Assembly: GCA_016784165.1 (NCBI GenBank)
Contig: JADHVD010000003.1
Coordinates: 6,867-70,866 of the forward strand
Source of the DNA: Candidatus Woesearchaeota archaeon
GTDB lineage: Archaea; Nanobdellota; Nanobdellia; Woesearchaeales; BS150m-G63
Direction of reading: 5' to 3'
Length of the DNA: 64,000 nt
Under the pieces are notes generated by a model. The model had not been told where the DNA came from. It ran no database searches and saw only the letters and a list, made by a program, of their open reading frames with translations. Both the position numbers and the translations under genes were made by a program. Below, piece after piece: positions 25,211 through 34,205 of this stretch (the first letter of the stretch is position 1; the number at the start of each line of letters is the position of its first letter).

Positions 25211-25258
25211 AAGATTTATGCTTGAAGACGAATTTTTTAGTCTTTTTGTATAAATCTT
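25211..25258. repeat. Intergenic hairpin family, copy c (next to the dif-like site)
   Basis: The sequence is AAGATTTAT-G-CTTG-AAGAC-GAATTTTTTA-GTCTT-TTTG-T-ATAAATCTT, with a 9-bp perfect outer stem. Confidence 0.6.
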
Positions 25259-25686
25259 ACCCTTAAAACCTTATTTTTGTGCTGAAACCTTCTTACTTTA
25301 CCTTATTTACACAAAAACCCCAGCATTTTAGCAAAAAATAGCAGATTCAAAATATCTCAAAAACCAATAAAAATAGAAACACCAAAAAATCTTAATTTTC
25401 CAAAAAAATAAAAACTAATTTTCAGCAAAAAATAATTTCTACAAATCAAAAAAAACAAAAATCTTTTCACCTAATTATTTTCAATATTGTAATTAACTAA
25501 ACTAAAACATTTAAGAAAAGCTTAAAACATTTAAGCTCAATTTAATCAACTAAAACTTTTAAGCAAATCCTAAAAGTTATAATCACTACAAAAAACACAT
25601 CAAATTATATCTATTAGAAAACATATTTTAAAAAATAACCATTCTAACCTATAAATAATAAAATATATACTAAAGAATATATTAAT

Positions 25687-26400
25687 TTAACCAACATAAC
25701 TTAAAGACTTTCTATCTTGCTGTTTTTTAGCTGTTGCACCTTGTTCCATAAGTTTTCTTAACTTATCTTCAAATTTTTCAGCTTGTTTCAGCAAAGGCTT
25801 ATAGTCTACATTTAACCCAAGATATTTATCTAAAACCTCTATAACTTTTGCTGCAGCCTTACTATCAGGCAAACTAGTGTGCGTTTCAGCAAAAAAGCAA
25901 GTCATAGGGATCTTTTCTCTTATAATAACCATTAACGCAGAGGTAATTCCCATAATTATCCCTTCTTTTAATGGTTTAATTTCCATCTTTTCAATTTTAT
26001 TTCTTTTTTGTTCTTTATTGATATGATAAAACACATTAGTGTCTTCATTTAAAGTAGTAGAACCAACACCTTCTAAGCTAATTATTTCCTTAACATCAAG
26101 AGTTTTAGCTATATCAAATACAAAATCAGCAGCTTTCCATTCAACACCTGTGGCGCCGGCAATAGAATGAATAATAACAATATTGTTCTTTTTATTATAA
26201 AAAATACCAACTGGATTTACCATTTTCCCTTCATGAATTGCAATAGTTGCAGGAAGGTCTTCAAACCAATATCTCCCTATTAGTTCACAATCTAAATGCT
26301 CAATAAGATATTCTGTAGCAATGGTTCCAATTAAACCAAAACCTGGAAAACCCTCTATAAGAATTGGATTTTTTGGTTTTTTCTTTAGACTTAGTTTCAT
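25687..26400 (-). CDS. PAC2-family proteasome assembly chaperone-like protein
   Basis: The N-terminus is PILIEGFPGFGLIGTIATEYLIEHL. The 237-aa length and pattern are recalled from archaeal PAC2/PbaB-type proteins. Confidence 0.55.
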   Translation of the reverse strand: MKLSLKKKPKNPILIEGFPGFGLIGTIATEYLIEHLDCELIGRYWFEDLPATIAIHEGKMVNPVGIFYNKKNNIVIIHSIAGATGVEWKAADFVFDIAKTLDVKEIISLEGVGSTTLNEDTNVFYHINKEQKRNKIEKMEIKPLKEGIIMGITSALMVIIREKIPMTCFFAETHTSLPDSKAAAKVIEVLDKYLGLNVDYKPLLKQAEKFEDKLRKLMEQGATAKKQQDRKSLSYVG

Positions 26401-26460
26401 TTATTCACGCTCTTTTATAAACTTTTCACGAATAAAACTATATAAACTTTTCTAAAAACG

Positions 26461-26601
26461 TCAATTTGTTTCAATACTTATTTTGCCACATTGTTGACAT
26501 AGAAATTTATTAAAATCACTACCTTTTCGCTTAATTCTTTTAACTGTTTTACCGCAATTTTCACATACAAATTCTATTTCTTCATAATCAGGAACTTCCA
26601 T
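26461..26601 (-). CDS. Small (46 aa) zinc-ribbon protein, below the ORF-track size cut-off
   Basis: My own translation is MEVPDYEEIEFVCENCGKTVKRIKRKGSDFNKFLCQQCGKISIETN, with two CxxC pairs. Confidence 0.4.
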   Translation of the reverse strand: MEVPDYEEIEFVCENCGKTVKRIKRKGSDFNKFLCQQCGKISIETN

Positions 26602-26744
26602 TTTCAGTAAATTAAATCACTCAACCATATAAATTTTTAGTATTTGAATCAATCATAGAAACTTTTTTATAGTAAGGTAAACAGTAAAGGTAAGGGGGTG
26701 AACAACACATTTAACTAGAGATAAAATCAATAAATGAATTTAAA

Positions 26745-27455
26745 ATGATTGAAAAAATACCATCTAACAATAAAATTTTAAAAGAATATTTATCTAATAA
26801 AAATTGCCTTTTAGCTGTTGCAGGAAATATTGGTTCTGGAAAAACCTCTTTGGCAAAATTAATAGAAAACACAACATCAATCAATTCATTTTATGAAGAA
26901 ATAGCTGAAAACCCCATACTTTCTAAGTTTTATGAAGACAAGAAAAAATATTCTTTTGAATTACAAAGATATCTTTTAGGTAGAAGAATTCAAGATTATA
27001 TTTCCTTTAAAAAAGACAATAATTCCGCAATATTTGATCGTTCAATTTATGAAGATCCTTTAGTTTTTGCAAAATCACTCAATCATTTTGGGTATTTATC
27101 TAATGAAGAACATGATCAATATTTTGATTTGTTCAAGAAAACAACAAAAAACATAAAACAAATTGATCTCTTAATTTTGCTCCAGATATCTCCTCAACAT
27201 TCTTATGATAATATACACAGTAAAAGACAAAGAGATATGGAATTGCAAGATGATGCAGATGGAACCCCAGCAATAAGTTTAAGTTATATTAAACATTTAG
27301 ATGATTTTTATAAAGATTACCTAGTTTCTTTGAAAAAATACAATTGGAGTCCTAAAAAAACAATAATTATAGATAGGGATAATTTAGATTTTGTTAATAA
27401 TCAAAAAGATCAAAAATATGTAATTAAAAAAATTTCAAAAATATTGACTTCTTAA
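26745..27455 (+). CDS. Deoxynucleoside kinase family protein
   Basis: It has the P-loop AVAGNIGSGKTSLAKLI, the substrate motif FDRSIYED, and an arginine-rich lid KRQRDME. Confidence 0.7.
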   Translation: MIEKIPSNNKILKEYLSNKNCLLAVAGNIGSGKTSLAKLIENTTSINSFYEEIAENPILSKFYEDKKKYSFELQRYLLGRRIQDYISFKKDNNSAIFDRSIYEDPLVFAKSLNHFGYLSNEEHDQYFDLFKKTTKNIKQIDLLILLQISPQHSYDNIHSKRQRDMELQDDADGTPAISLSYIKHLDDFYKDYLVSLKKYNWSPKKTIIIDRDNLDFVNNQKDQKYVIKKISKILTS

Positions 27456-27632
27456 TTAATTCTTTTTCTTGATCCTTTTAGCAAATTTACCTTTTAATAA
27501 TCTAGGCAAACTTTTAGCCATTTTTATAAAAACAGCATCCTCTTTTTTTAACTCTTCTTTACTTATAATCTTCTTTTTCTCAAGAATTTTTGTCTTTTTT
27601 AGTGCAACTTTTTTTATTTTTTTATTGATCAT
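27456..27632 (-). CDS. Small (58 aa) Lys-rich ORF downstream of aIF2-gamma
   Basis: My own translation is MINKKIKKVALKKTKILEKKKIISKEELKKEDAVFIKMAKSLPRLLKGKFAKRIKKKN. The composition is very biased, so it may not be real. Confidence 0.3.
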   Translation of the reverse strand: MINKKIKKVALKKTKILEKKKIISKEELKKEDAVFIKMAKSLPRLLKGKFAKRIKKKN

Positions 27633-27637
27633 TTAAT

Positions 27638-28879
27638 TCACCCCTCAATAATTCCATAACCAATCAATCTAAACCTAGATCCAACCATCCTGGAAATAGT
27701 TACCCTATCACCAATATCAGCACATATAGGTAACTTTAATTTAGATTTGAATCCACCCTTACTTAATTCACTAACAACACCTGCAGTTACAGATGAATTT
27801 ACATTGAACATTATAATTTCATTAATTTTTATTGGTTCAACATCCAACTCTTCTTTAGTTCCAACAACTCTTTTTAATAAATTTGATTTAAGTTTTAATT
27901 CATTCCAAACAATAGGCAATTTTCCAAATAATCCTACAATATTTCCACTAAGATTATCTGATTTAACAAGCGAAGGATCTAATGAAGTTGCTATAGCTAT
28001 AGAACCACCAGGTCCAGCTTCATTTATTTGGTGAGTTCCACTCATTAATCCAGTTACTTTAGTTTTTATAGGTATCCAAATTTTTTGATTATGCTCTTCT
28101 TTGCTTCTACCAGGCAATATAGTGATATCATCTCCTTTTTTCAATATCCCTTCCCTCAAAGCACCTCCAAGAACTCCTCCAACTAACTTTTTTGGACCAG
28201 AACCTGGTTTATTAATATCAAAAGATCTTACAACAAACATAATGGGGGGCTTCTTTTTATCCCTCTTAGGGGTGGGGATTTTTTCCTCTATAGATTTTAT
28301 TAAGTACCCAATATTAATTGCAAATTGGGCAGAAATAGGAATTATTGGAGCATCTTTGTAAGGAGTATCTTTAATTAATTCTTTTATCTCTTTATAATTT
28401 TTTAATACATCTTCTTTGGACACTAAATCAATTTTATTTTGGACAATTATCACATTTTTAATCCCCATAATCTCTAAAGCCATCAGATGTTCTCTTGTTT
28501 GTGGTTGAGGGCATTTTTCATTTGCAGAAATTAGCAATAAAGCACCATCCATCACATTTGCCCCACTCAGCATAGTAGCCATTAAACTTTCGTGTCCAGG
28601 AGCATCAACAAAAGAAACACCCCTCAACTCTTTAGTTTTTGATTTGCAGTGCTCACAAGTTTCTTTTACTGTATAAGCTTTAGCACCTTTACATTTACCA
28701 CATTTTCTAAATATTGTATTTGCATACCCCAACCTTATGGTGATTCCTTTTTTCAGTTCTTCAGAATGGGTGTCTGTCCATTTACCACTAAGCCTCTCTG
28801 TCAAGGTAGTTTTACCATGATCTACATGTCCAACCAACCCAATATTTACTTCTGGTTGTTTATAGGTATCCTTTTTCAC
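27638..28879 (-). CDS. eif2g: Translation initiation factor aIF2 gamma subunit
   Basis: G1 is GLVGHVDHGKTTL and G3 is DAPGHE. NKID is present, as is the zinc knuckle CGKCKGAKAYTVKETCEHC. Synteny after S6e fits. Confidence 0.9.
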   Translation of the reverse strand: MKKDTYKQPEVNIGLVGHVDHGKTTLTERLSGKWTDTHSEELKKGITIRLGYANTIFRKCGKCKGAKAYTVKETCEHCKSKTKELRGVSFVDAPGHESLMATMLSGANVMDGALLLISANEKCPQPQTREHLMALEIMGIKNVIIVQNKIDLVSKEDVLKNYKEIKELIKDTPYKDAPIIPISAQFAINIGYLIKSIEEKIPTPKRDKKKPPIMFVVRSFDINKPGSGPKKLVGGVLGGALREGILKKGDDITILPGRSKEEHNQKIWIPIKTKVTGLMSGTHQINEAGPGGSIAIATSLDPSLVKSDNLSGNIVGLFGKLPIVWNELKLKSNLLKRVVGTKEELDVEPIKINEIIMFNVNSSVTAGVVSELSKGGFKSKLKLPICADIGDRVTISRMVGSRFRLIGYGIIEG

Positions 28880-29556
28880 GATTTGTCACCATCACCTTTT
28901 TTAGATTCTTCTTCGCTTTCTTTTTTTGAAAGTGTTGAAGAATCTTTTTTAGATTCTTCTTCGCTTTCTTTTTCTGAAGATACTGAAGAATCTTTTTTAG
29001 ATTCTTCTTCGCTTTCTTTTTCTGAAGATACTGAAGAATCTTTTTTAGATTCTTCTTCGGATTTTTCTTCAGGTTTATTTTCAGACTTTTCTTTTTCAAC
29101 TGGTTCGTCTTTTTCTTTCTTAGAATCCTTTCCTACTTTCTCTTCAGCTTTTTCTTTAGAGTCTTCTCCTTCTTTAGGTGTTTCAGCTGTTACACCTAAT
29201 TTAACTTTACCATATTTTATAATTTTAAGATTAATTTGACTTATATTTCTACCAATTGTATGGCCTCTTACATTCTTCCTTTGTCTTTGTCCTTTTCTTT
29301 TTATTTTAGCACCTACTCCAGAAATAACTAATATTCTTTTTCTTTCAGTACCATTAACATCTTTCCTCATTGGAAATCCACAGCTATCACTACCACCAGT
29401 AATTTCAAACTCATAACCATTCAATCCAAAAGAGTCACCCTTAATTTTTTCTCCTAACTTTTTACCTAAGAAGACTTCTGCTTCAGCATCTTTTGCTTCA
29501 CGCTGATAACATTTGCCGGTCTTAGGGTCAGCTAAAACTAATTTATAATCTGTCAT
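28876..29556 (-). CDS. rps6e: Ribosomal protein S6e with a roughly 95-aa Ser/Lys/Glu-rich repetitive tail
   Basis: The core is MTDYKLVLADPKTGKCYQ...GGSDSCGFPMRKDV...RKNVRGHTIG. I chose the start at 29554-29556 because a GGAGG lies 8 nt upstream; the track ORF starts 15 nt earlier. Confidence 0.85.
   Translation of the reverse strand: MTDYKLVLADPKTGKCYQREAKDAEAEVFLGKKLGEKIKGDSFGLNGYEFEITGGSDSCGFPMRKDVNGTERKRILVISGVGAKIKRKGQRQRKNVRGHTIGRNISQINLKIIKYGKVKLGVTAETPKEGEDSKEKAEEKVGKDSKKEKDEPVEKEKSENKPEEKSEEESKKDSSVSSEKESEEESKKDSSVSSEKESEEESKKDSSTLSKKESEEESKKGDGDKS
28897..29059. repeat. Roughly 3.4 tandem copies of a 48-bp unit inside rps6e (encoding KDSSVSSEKESEEESK)
   Basis: Read directly: units at 28897-28944, 28945-28992 and 28993-29040, and a partial unit at 29041-29059. 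Confidence 0.9.
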
Positions 29557-29586
29557 TTTTACGGCCTCCAACTCGTTGGGGGATGC

Positions 29587-29616
29587 AAAACTTGAAGAGA
29601 TTTACTCTTCTTGTTT
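29587..29616. repeat. Intergenic hairpin family, copy d (short form, in the rps6e upstream region)
   Basis: The sequence is AAAA-CTTG-AAGAG-ATTTA-CTCTT-CTTG-TTT. The closing pair of the inner stem is swapped relative to copies a and c (C-G to G-C). Confidence 0.5.
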
Positions 29617-29707
29617 ACCGACCACCCGAGGACATCTTATGTGCCCTCAGCACAAGCTTATATTATTAGAAAACCAGCACATCATTTAAAAACGTTTCGG
29701 TAATTAT

Positions 29708-30424
29708 TTAAAAATCATCTAATATCTTCATATCCACAAATTTTTCATCTTCTTGCCATCTATGAACATTCAAAAAATGAATTTGATTATCTTTTGTCAA
29801 AGAATTATTGATCATTAAGTCTAAATCAGGATATCTGGAATATTTATCAATTTTTTTTATCTCTATCCATTCATTTTTCCCTTCCCGATCTTCTTTTATT
29901 AACTCCCCTATCGGATCTTTACAAATATAAGTAAAAGCAATCAAATGATGCATAAGCTCACCATCATTATAAGTATTATAATTAGATACGACTTTCAATT
30001 TCATTTTTCCTTTCAACCCAGTTTCTTCTAAAAATTCTTTTTCAGCAGTTTTAATTGGCGAGTTCCCAAAGTCAATTTTCCCTCCAGGGATGCCAGCATA
30101 ACCATAAAATGGCTCTTTTTTTCTTATATTTATTAAAATCTTTTTTGTTTTAGAATTGTACCCAACAATAAAAGAACACACAACAGGTTTATGATTCTTA
30201 TTTCCTGTAGTACCATCTAAATGGGTGACTACTCTTTTTCCTTTTGTAGTTAATTTATACCCTTCATTTTTTTTAGCCACTAATTTTTCATCAATTAATC
30301 TTTGTAAATGGTAATTGAATTTATTGCTTTCACCTTCTTTAGCCCACAATTCATTATAATGCATTTTAGGATTATGCATTAATTTTACAAGTATTTTCTT
30401 TTGAACTTCTTGTTGAATCTCCAT
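29708..30424 (-). CDS. Winged-helix plus NUDIX hydrolase fusion protein
   Basis: The N-terminal wHTH is FNYHLQRLIDEKLVAKKNEGYKLTTKG. The Nudix box is GIPGGKIDFGNSPIKTAEKEFLEETGL. Confidence 0.7.
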   Translation of the reverse strand: MEIQQEVQKKILVKLMHNPKMHYNELWAKEGESNKFNYHLQRLIDEKLVAKKNEGYKLTTKGKRVVTHLDGTTGNKNHKPVVCSFIVGYNSKTKKILINIRKKEPFYGYAGIPGGKIDFGNSPIKTAEKEFLEETGLKGKMKLKVVSNYNTYNDGELMHHLIAFTYICKDPIGELIKEDREGKNEWIEIKKIDKYSRYPDLDLMINNSLTKDNQIHFLNVHRWQEDEKFVDMKILDDF

Positions 30425-30455
30425 AATAATAAAATAAATAAGGTTACTATTTAAA

Positions 30456-30608
30456 TTAGTATCTCAATTTTTTTTGACAAAAAACAAAAACCAATACTAA
30501 AAAAATAGCAAAGGAAAAATAAGAAAAGTATAACTTCCAAAATGAACTATTCTTCAAAATATTGCCATATTTCTTCAATTCATTAATTTCATTAGATAAA
30601 TTTATCAT
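30456..30608 (-). CDS. Possible small (50 aa) single-TM protein, below the ORF-track cut-off
   Basis: My own translation is MINLSNEINELKKYGNILKNSSFWKLYFSYFSFAIFLVLVFVFCQKKLRY. Confidence 0.25.
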   Translation of the reverse strand: MINLSNEINELKKYGNILKNSSFWKLYFSYFSFAIFLVLVFVFCQKKLRY

Positions 30609-30719
30609 TCTTAATTTATTGTAGAATAAACTTCCTTTTTAATTTTGTCTTATTTTGTGGAATTAACTACTTTGCGATCTACTGAAATATATAAAAATAA
30701 AAGAAAAAATAATAAAAAA

Positions 30720-31490
30720 TTATTTCTTTCTTGCCATCCCCTTAAACGCATCGAGTACTTCAATAGGTGTAGCAAATATTATTGTGTTACTCTGGTCAGA
30801 ACTCAAATCATTTAATGTCTGCAAAGTTCTCAAATGTAATGCACCTTTAGAGCCAGATAACATTTTTGCTGCTTTTGCCATATTGGTCGCAGCCAAAACT
30901 TCTCCTTGAGCTTTAATTATCACAGCCCTTTTTTCTCTTTCTGCCTCTGCTTCTTTAGCCATAGTTCTCTTCATATCCTGTGGCAGTTCAATATGTTTTA
31001 GCTCAACACTTTCAATTTTGATTCCCCAAGGATCTGTTGCTTTATCAACTATCTGTTTTATCCTTTTGCTAATAGCATCTCTCTCAGCCAATAATTTATC
31101 TAAAGTCGCTTCACCAACAACATCTCTCATTGTTGTTTGTGCTAGTTGAGATACTGCATATCCGTAGTGTTCAACTTTTAGTATTGCTTTTTCTGCACCA
31201 CTAACTTGATAATATAACACAGCATTAACATTAACACTTACATTATCCTTTGTCATACAATCTTGGTCTGGCACATCAACTGCCTTAACCCTTATGTCAA
31301 CCCTTCTCCAACTTTGTATTATTGGAAAAACAACCCTCAATCCAGGATCAATAATCCCCTTATATTTTCCAAGAGTAAATCTAACCCCTCTTTCATATTC
31401 ATTAACAACCTTAATACCTGCAAAAATATACAACACCAAGAATACAATTATTGTTCCAATCCATCCAAATCCAAACATAAATATCACCAA
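30720..31490 (-). CDS. SPFH/Band-7 (stomatin/prohibitin-like) membrane protein
   Basis: An N-terminal TM helix is followed by VNEYERGVRFTLGKY...QDCMTKDNVSVNVNAVLYY...AEAEREKRA, typical of the SPFH domain. Confidence 0.85.
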   Translation of the reverse strand: MVIFMFGFGWIGTIIVFLVLYIFAGIKVVNEYERGVRFTLGKYKGIIDPGLRVVFPIIQSWRRVDIRVKAVDVPDQDCMTKDNVSVNVNAVLYYQVSGAEKAILKVEHYGYAVSQLAQTTMRDVVGEATLDKLLAERDAISKRIKQIVDKATDPWGIKIESVELKHIELPQDMKRTMAKEAEAEREKRAVIIKAQGEVLAATNMAKAAKMLSGSKGALHLRTLQTLNDLSSDQSNTIIFATPIEVLDAFKGMARKK

Positions 31491-31590
31491 TAAATCTCAA
31501 ACCAATATAACTTAATAAATGTTTCTCTTGATTACTTTTGATACACCAATCAAAACAAACTTTTTTATATGAATATCCTATACCAATCAC

Positions 31591-32541
31591 ATGTCAAAAA
31601 AAATAACAGATACAAAAGACATCCAGATAAAAGAAAAATTCGAAGAGAGATACAAATTATTAGCTGGAAAAGATTACAAGAAATTTATGGATATTTCTAT
31701 GACTTACCTTAGAAGGAGCATAAGAATAAACACCCTTAAAATTTCAATCAATGAACTAAAAAAAAGACTCCCAAAATGGAAATTAACTCAAATTCCTTGG
31801 TGTAAAGAAGGATTTTGGATAGAGCATAAGAAAAAAGAAAGAAGAGATATAGGTAATCTGAAAGAACATCAACTAGGATATTTTCATGTACAAGAAGCAG
31901 CATCTATGCTTCCACCTCTAGCACTAAACCCTCAACCAGGTGAAACAATTTTAGATATGTGTGCTTCTCCAGGTTCTAAATCCACTCAAATAGCAATTAC
32001 CATGGAAAACAAAGGAATCCTCATAACAAATGATTACAAAGGAATGCGTCTAAAACCTTTGGGGATAAACCTACAAAGGGCAGGATTAACAAACACTTTA
32101 ACAACTCTAATGGAGGGAAGAAGATTTAAGGGATTTCAATTTGACAGAATTCTAGTAGATGCACCTTGTTCTGGCACAGGCACAATAAGAAAAAGTTTGA
32201 AAACACTAAGAATGTGGAATCCTAATATGATAAGGAGATTGTCAGGAACTCAAAAACAACTCTTAGAAACAGCCTTTAATAATCTAAAACCTGGGGGAAC
32301 AGTCGTTTATTCTACTTGTAGTTTAGAGCCAGAAGAAGACGAAGAAGTTGTTTCATTCCTTTTAGATAAATATCCAAACGCAAAACTACAGGAAATAGAA
32401 CTTCCAATAAAAAGAAGCCCATTAATTTTAGAATTTGAAGGGAAAAAATACAATAAAGAAGTAAAAAAATGTCTAAGAATTTGGCCCCAAGATAACGACA
32501 CAGAAGGATTTTTTGTGGCTAAGATAAAGAAAGATATCTAA
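31591..32541 (+). CDS. NOL1/NOP2/Sun-family RNA cytosine-C5 methyltransferase
   Basis: The motifs are DMCASPGSKS, DAPCSGTGT and VYSTCSL. Confidence 0.85.
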   Translation: MSKKITDTKDIQIKEKFEERYKLLAGKDYKKFMDISMTYLRRSIRINTLKISINELKKRLPKWKLTQIPWCKEGFWIEHKKKERRDIGNLKEHQLGYFHVQEAASMLPPLALNPQPGETILDMCASPGSKSTQIAITMENKGILITNDYKGMRLKPLGINLQRAGLTNTLTTLMEGRRFKGFQFDRILVDAPCSGTGTIRKSLKTLRMWNPNMIRRLSGTQKQLLETAFNNLKPGGTVVYSTCSLEPEEDEEVVSFLLDKYPNAKLQEIELPIKRSPLILEFEGKKYNKEVKKCLRIWPQDNDTEGFFVAKIKKDI

Positions 32542-34205
32542 AACCGACTTCTCTTAATATATGTAGTATGTAATAATTTCTCAGATTTTTTACCTAGTGG
32601 AGTCCCCAAATATTCTTTATAGAGTTTTTTAACAATGGGATTTTCATGAGATTTTCGCAAAGGCATATTTTTGTCAATCTGATATATTGCTTCCATTCTT
32701 TTTCTTAAAACGTCTGGATCTCGATAAATTGGCTGGCCACCACCACCAATACATCCACCAGGACAAGCCATCATTTCAATAAAATGGTAATCTTCTTTTT
32801 TTTCTAATAATTTAAGTATATTTGCCCCACCATGAGCGACAGCAAATTTCACTTCAACACCATTAATATCAATTTTACCTTCTTTTACACCTTTCATACC
32901 TCTAATTTGTTTAAACTCCACATTTGTCAAAGTTTTCCCAGTTCCGAATTCATACGCAGTTCGCAAAGCAGCTTCCATAACTCCTCCACTAGCTCCAAAA
33001 ACAGCACCAGCACCAGTAGATATCCCTAAAGCAGGATCAAAATCTTCATCCTCAAGATTATTAAAATCAATCCCTTTCATTTTTATTAATCTTCCAAGTT
33101 CTCTTGTTGTTAACACATAATCAACAGCACTCTTTAATTCTTTACGTGTGCTTTCAAATTTTTTGGCAGTACAAGGCATAATACTCACAACAACAATATT
33201 TTTAGAATCTAATTTATTTTTTTTAGCATAATAATTCTTAATTAAAGATCCTAGCATTTCATGAGGGCTTTTACACGTAGACATATTTGGAATTAAGTTG
33301 TGATGGAAATGCTCCATCATTAATATCCATCCAGGACAACAAGTAGTGATAAGTGGGAGTACTCCGCCTGTTTTCACCCTCTTCAAAAGTTCAGCAGATT
33401 CTTCCATTATAGTTATATCTGCCCCTAAATTAACATCAAAAACTTTATCAAAACCACATTTACGTAAAGCTGTGACCATTTTTCCAGTAACAGGAGTTCC
33501 AGGTTCAATCCTAAATAATTCTCCCAACGCAGCCCTAATAGCAGGAGCAGTTTGAACAACAACATGTTTTTTAGGATTCTTCAAGGCAGAAACAACTTCA
33601 TTGATGTGAGGTCTTTCAGCAATGGCGCCAACAGGACAATTAACAATACATTGCCCACATCTAATACACGCAACATCAGCTAAATGATTTTCATTGTAAG
33701 GTGCAACATGCTCTTCAAAACCCCTACTAACAAAATCAATAGCATACACTTTTTGAATTTTAGCACACACTTGCACACACCTTCCACAATTAATACATTT
33801 ATTATTATCCCTAACAACTGATGCCCCTAAATCTGCTTTATAATGTTTTAAAGACTCAAATCTCTCTTCATTCAATCCAACTTCTTTGAATATATCACAG
33901 ATTTCAAAATCATCATGAATATCACAGCTTATATTTTTAGGCATCATTAATTCAATATTTCTCTTTCTAGCTTTAATCACTCTTTCAGATTTAGTTAAAA
34001 TTTCGGCACCTTCAAAAGGAAAAGTTGAACAAGCAGTAACTAATTTTCCATTCATCTCCACTAAACATACCCTACATCTAGCTTCAGGAAATAAACTTTT
34101 ATGATAACATAGGGTGGGAATTTTAATCCCTTTACTATTACAGATATCTAAAATAGTCTCTCCTTCTTTTACTCTTATATATTTATTATTTAATTTAATC
34201 TTCAT
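32538..34205 (-). CDS. hydA: [FeFe]-hydrogenase catalytic subunit (HydA, multi-cluster M3-type architecture)
   Basis: The H-cluster motifs are TTCCPGW (L1), MPCTAKKFE (L2) and EMMACPGGCIGGGGQP (L3). It has an N-terminal 2Fe-2S-type Cys pattern (CYHKSL...CRVC). Two 4Fe-4S motifs are CINCGRCVQVC and CIRCGQCIVNCP. Confidence 0.85.
   Translation of the reverse strand: MKIKLNNKYIRVKEGETILDICNSKGIKIPTLCYHKSLFPEARCRVCLVEMNGKLVTACSTFPFEGAEILTKSERVIKARKRNIELMMPKNISCDIHDDFEICDIFKEVGLNEERFESLKHYKADLGASVVRDNNKCINCGRCVQVCAKIQKVYAIDFVSRGFEEHVAPYNENHLADVACIRCGQCIVNCPVGAIAERPHINEVVSALKNPKKHVVVQTAPAIRAALGELFRIEPGTPVTGKMVTALRKCGFDKVFDVNLGADITIMEESAELLKRVKTGGVLPLITTCCPGWILMMEHFHHNLIPNMSTCKSPHEMLGSLIKNYYAKKNKLDSKNIVVVSIMPCTAKKFESTRKELKSAVDYVLTTRELGRLIKMKGIDFNNLEDEDFDPALGISTGAGAVFGASGGVMEAALRTAYEFGTGKTLTNVEFKQIRGMKGVKEGKIDINGVEVKFAVAHGGANILKLLEKKEDYHFIEMMACPGGCIGGGGQPIYRDPDVLRKRMEAIYQIDKNMPLRKSHENPIVKKLYKEYLGTPLGKKSEKLLHTTYIKRSRF

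Noticed and set aside
28649-29239. Alternative-frame ORFs lie over the rps6e tail (28649-29239 plus strand, 28860-29099 minus strand).
   Set aside because: They are products of the 48-bp tandem repeat read in other frames. The S6e frame is continuous with a conserved core.
29640-29700. I considered a C/D-box sRNA in the rps6e upstream region (ATGATGT ... CTGA).
   Set aside because: The box C match is imperfect. About 28 nt separate the boxes and there are no internal D-prime/C-prime boxes, so the geometry does not fit archaeal C/D sRNAs.
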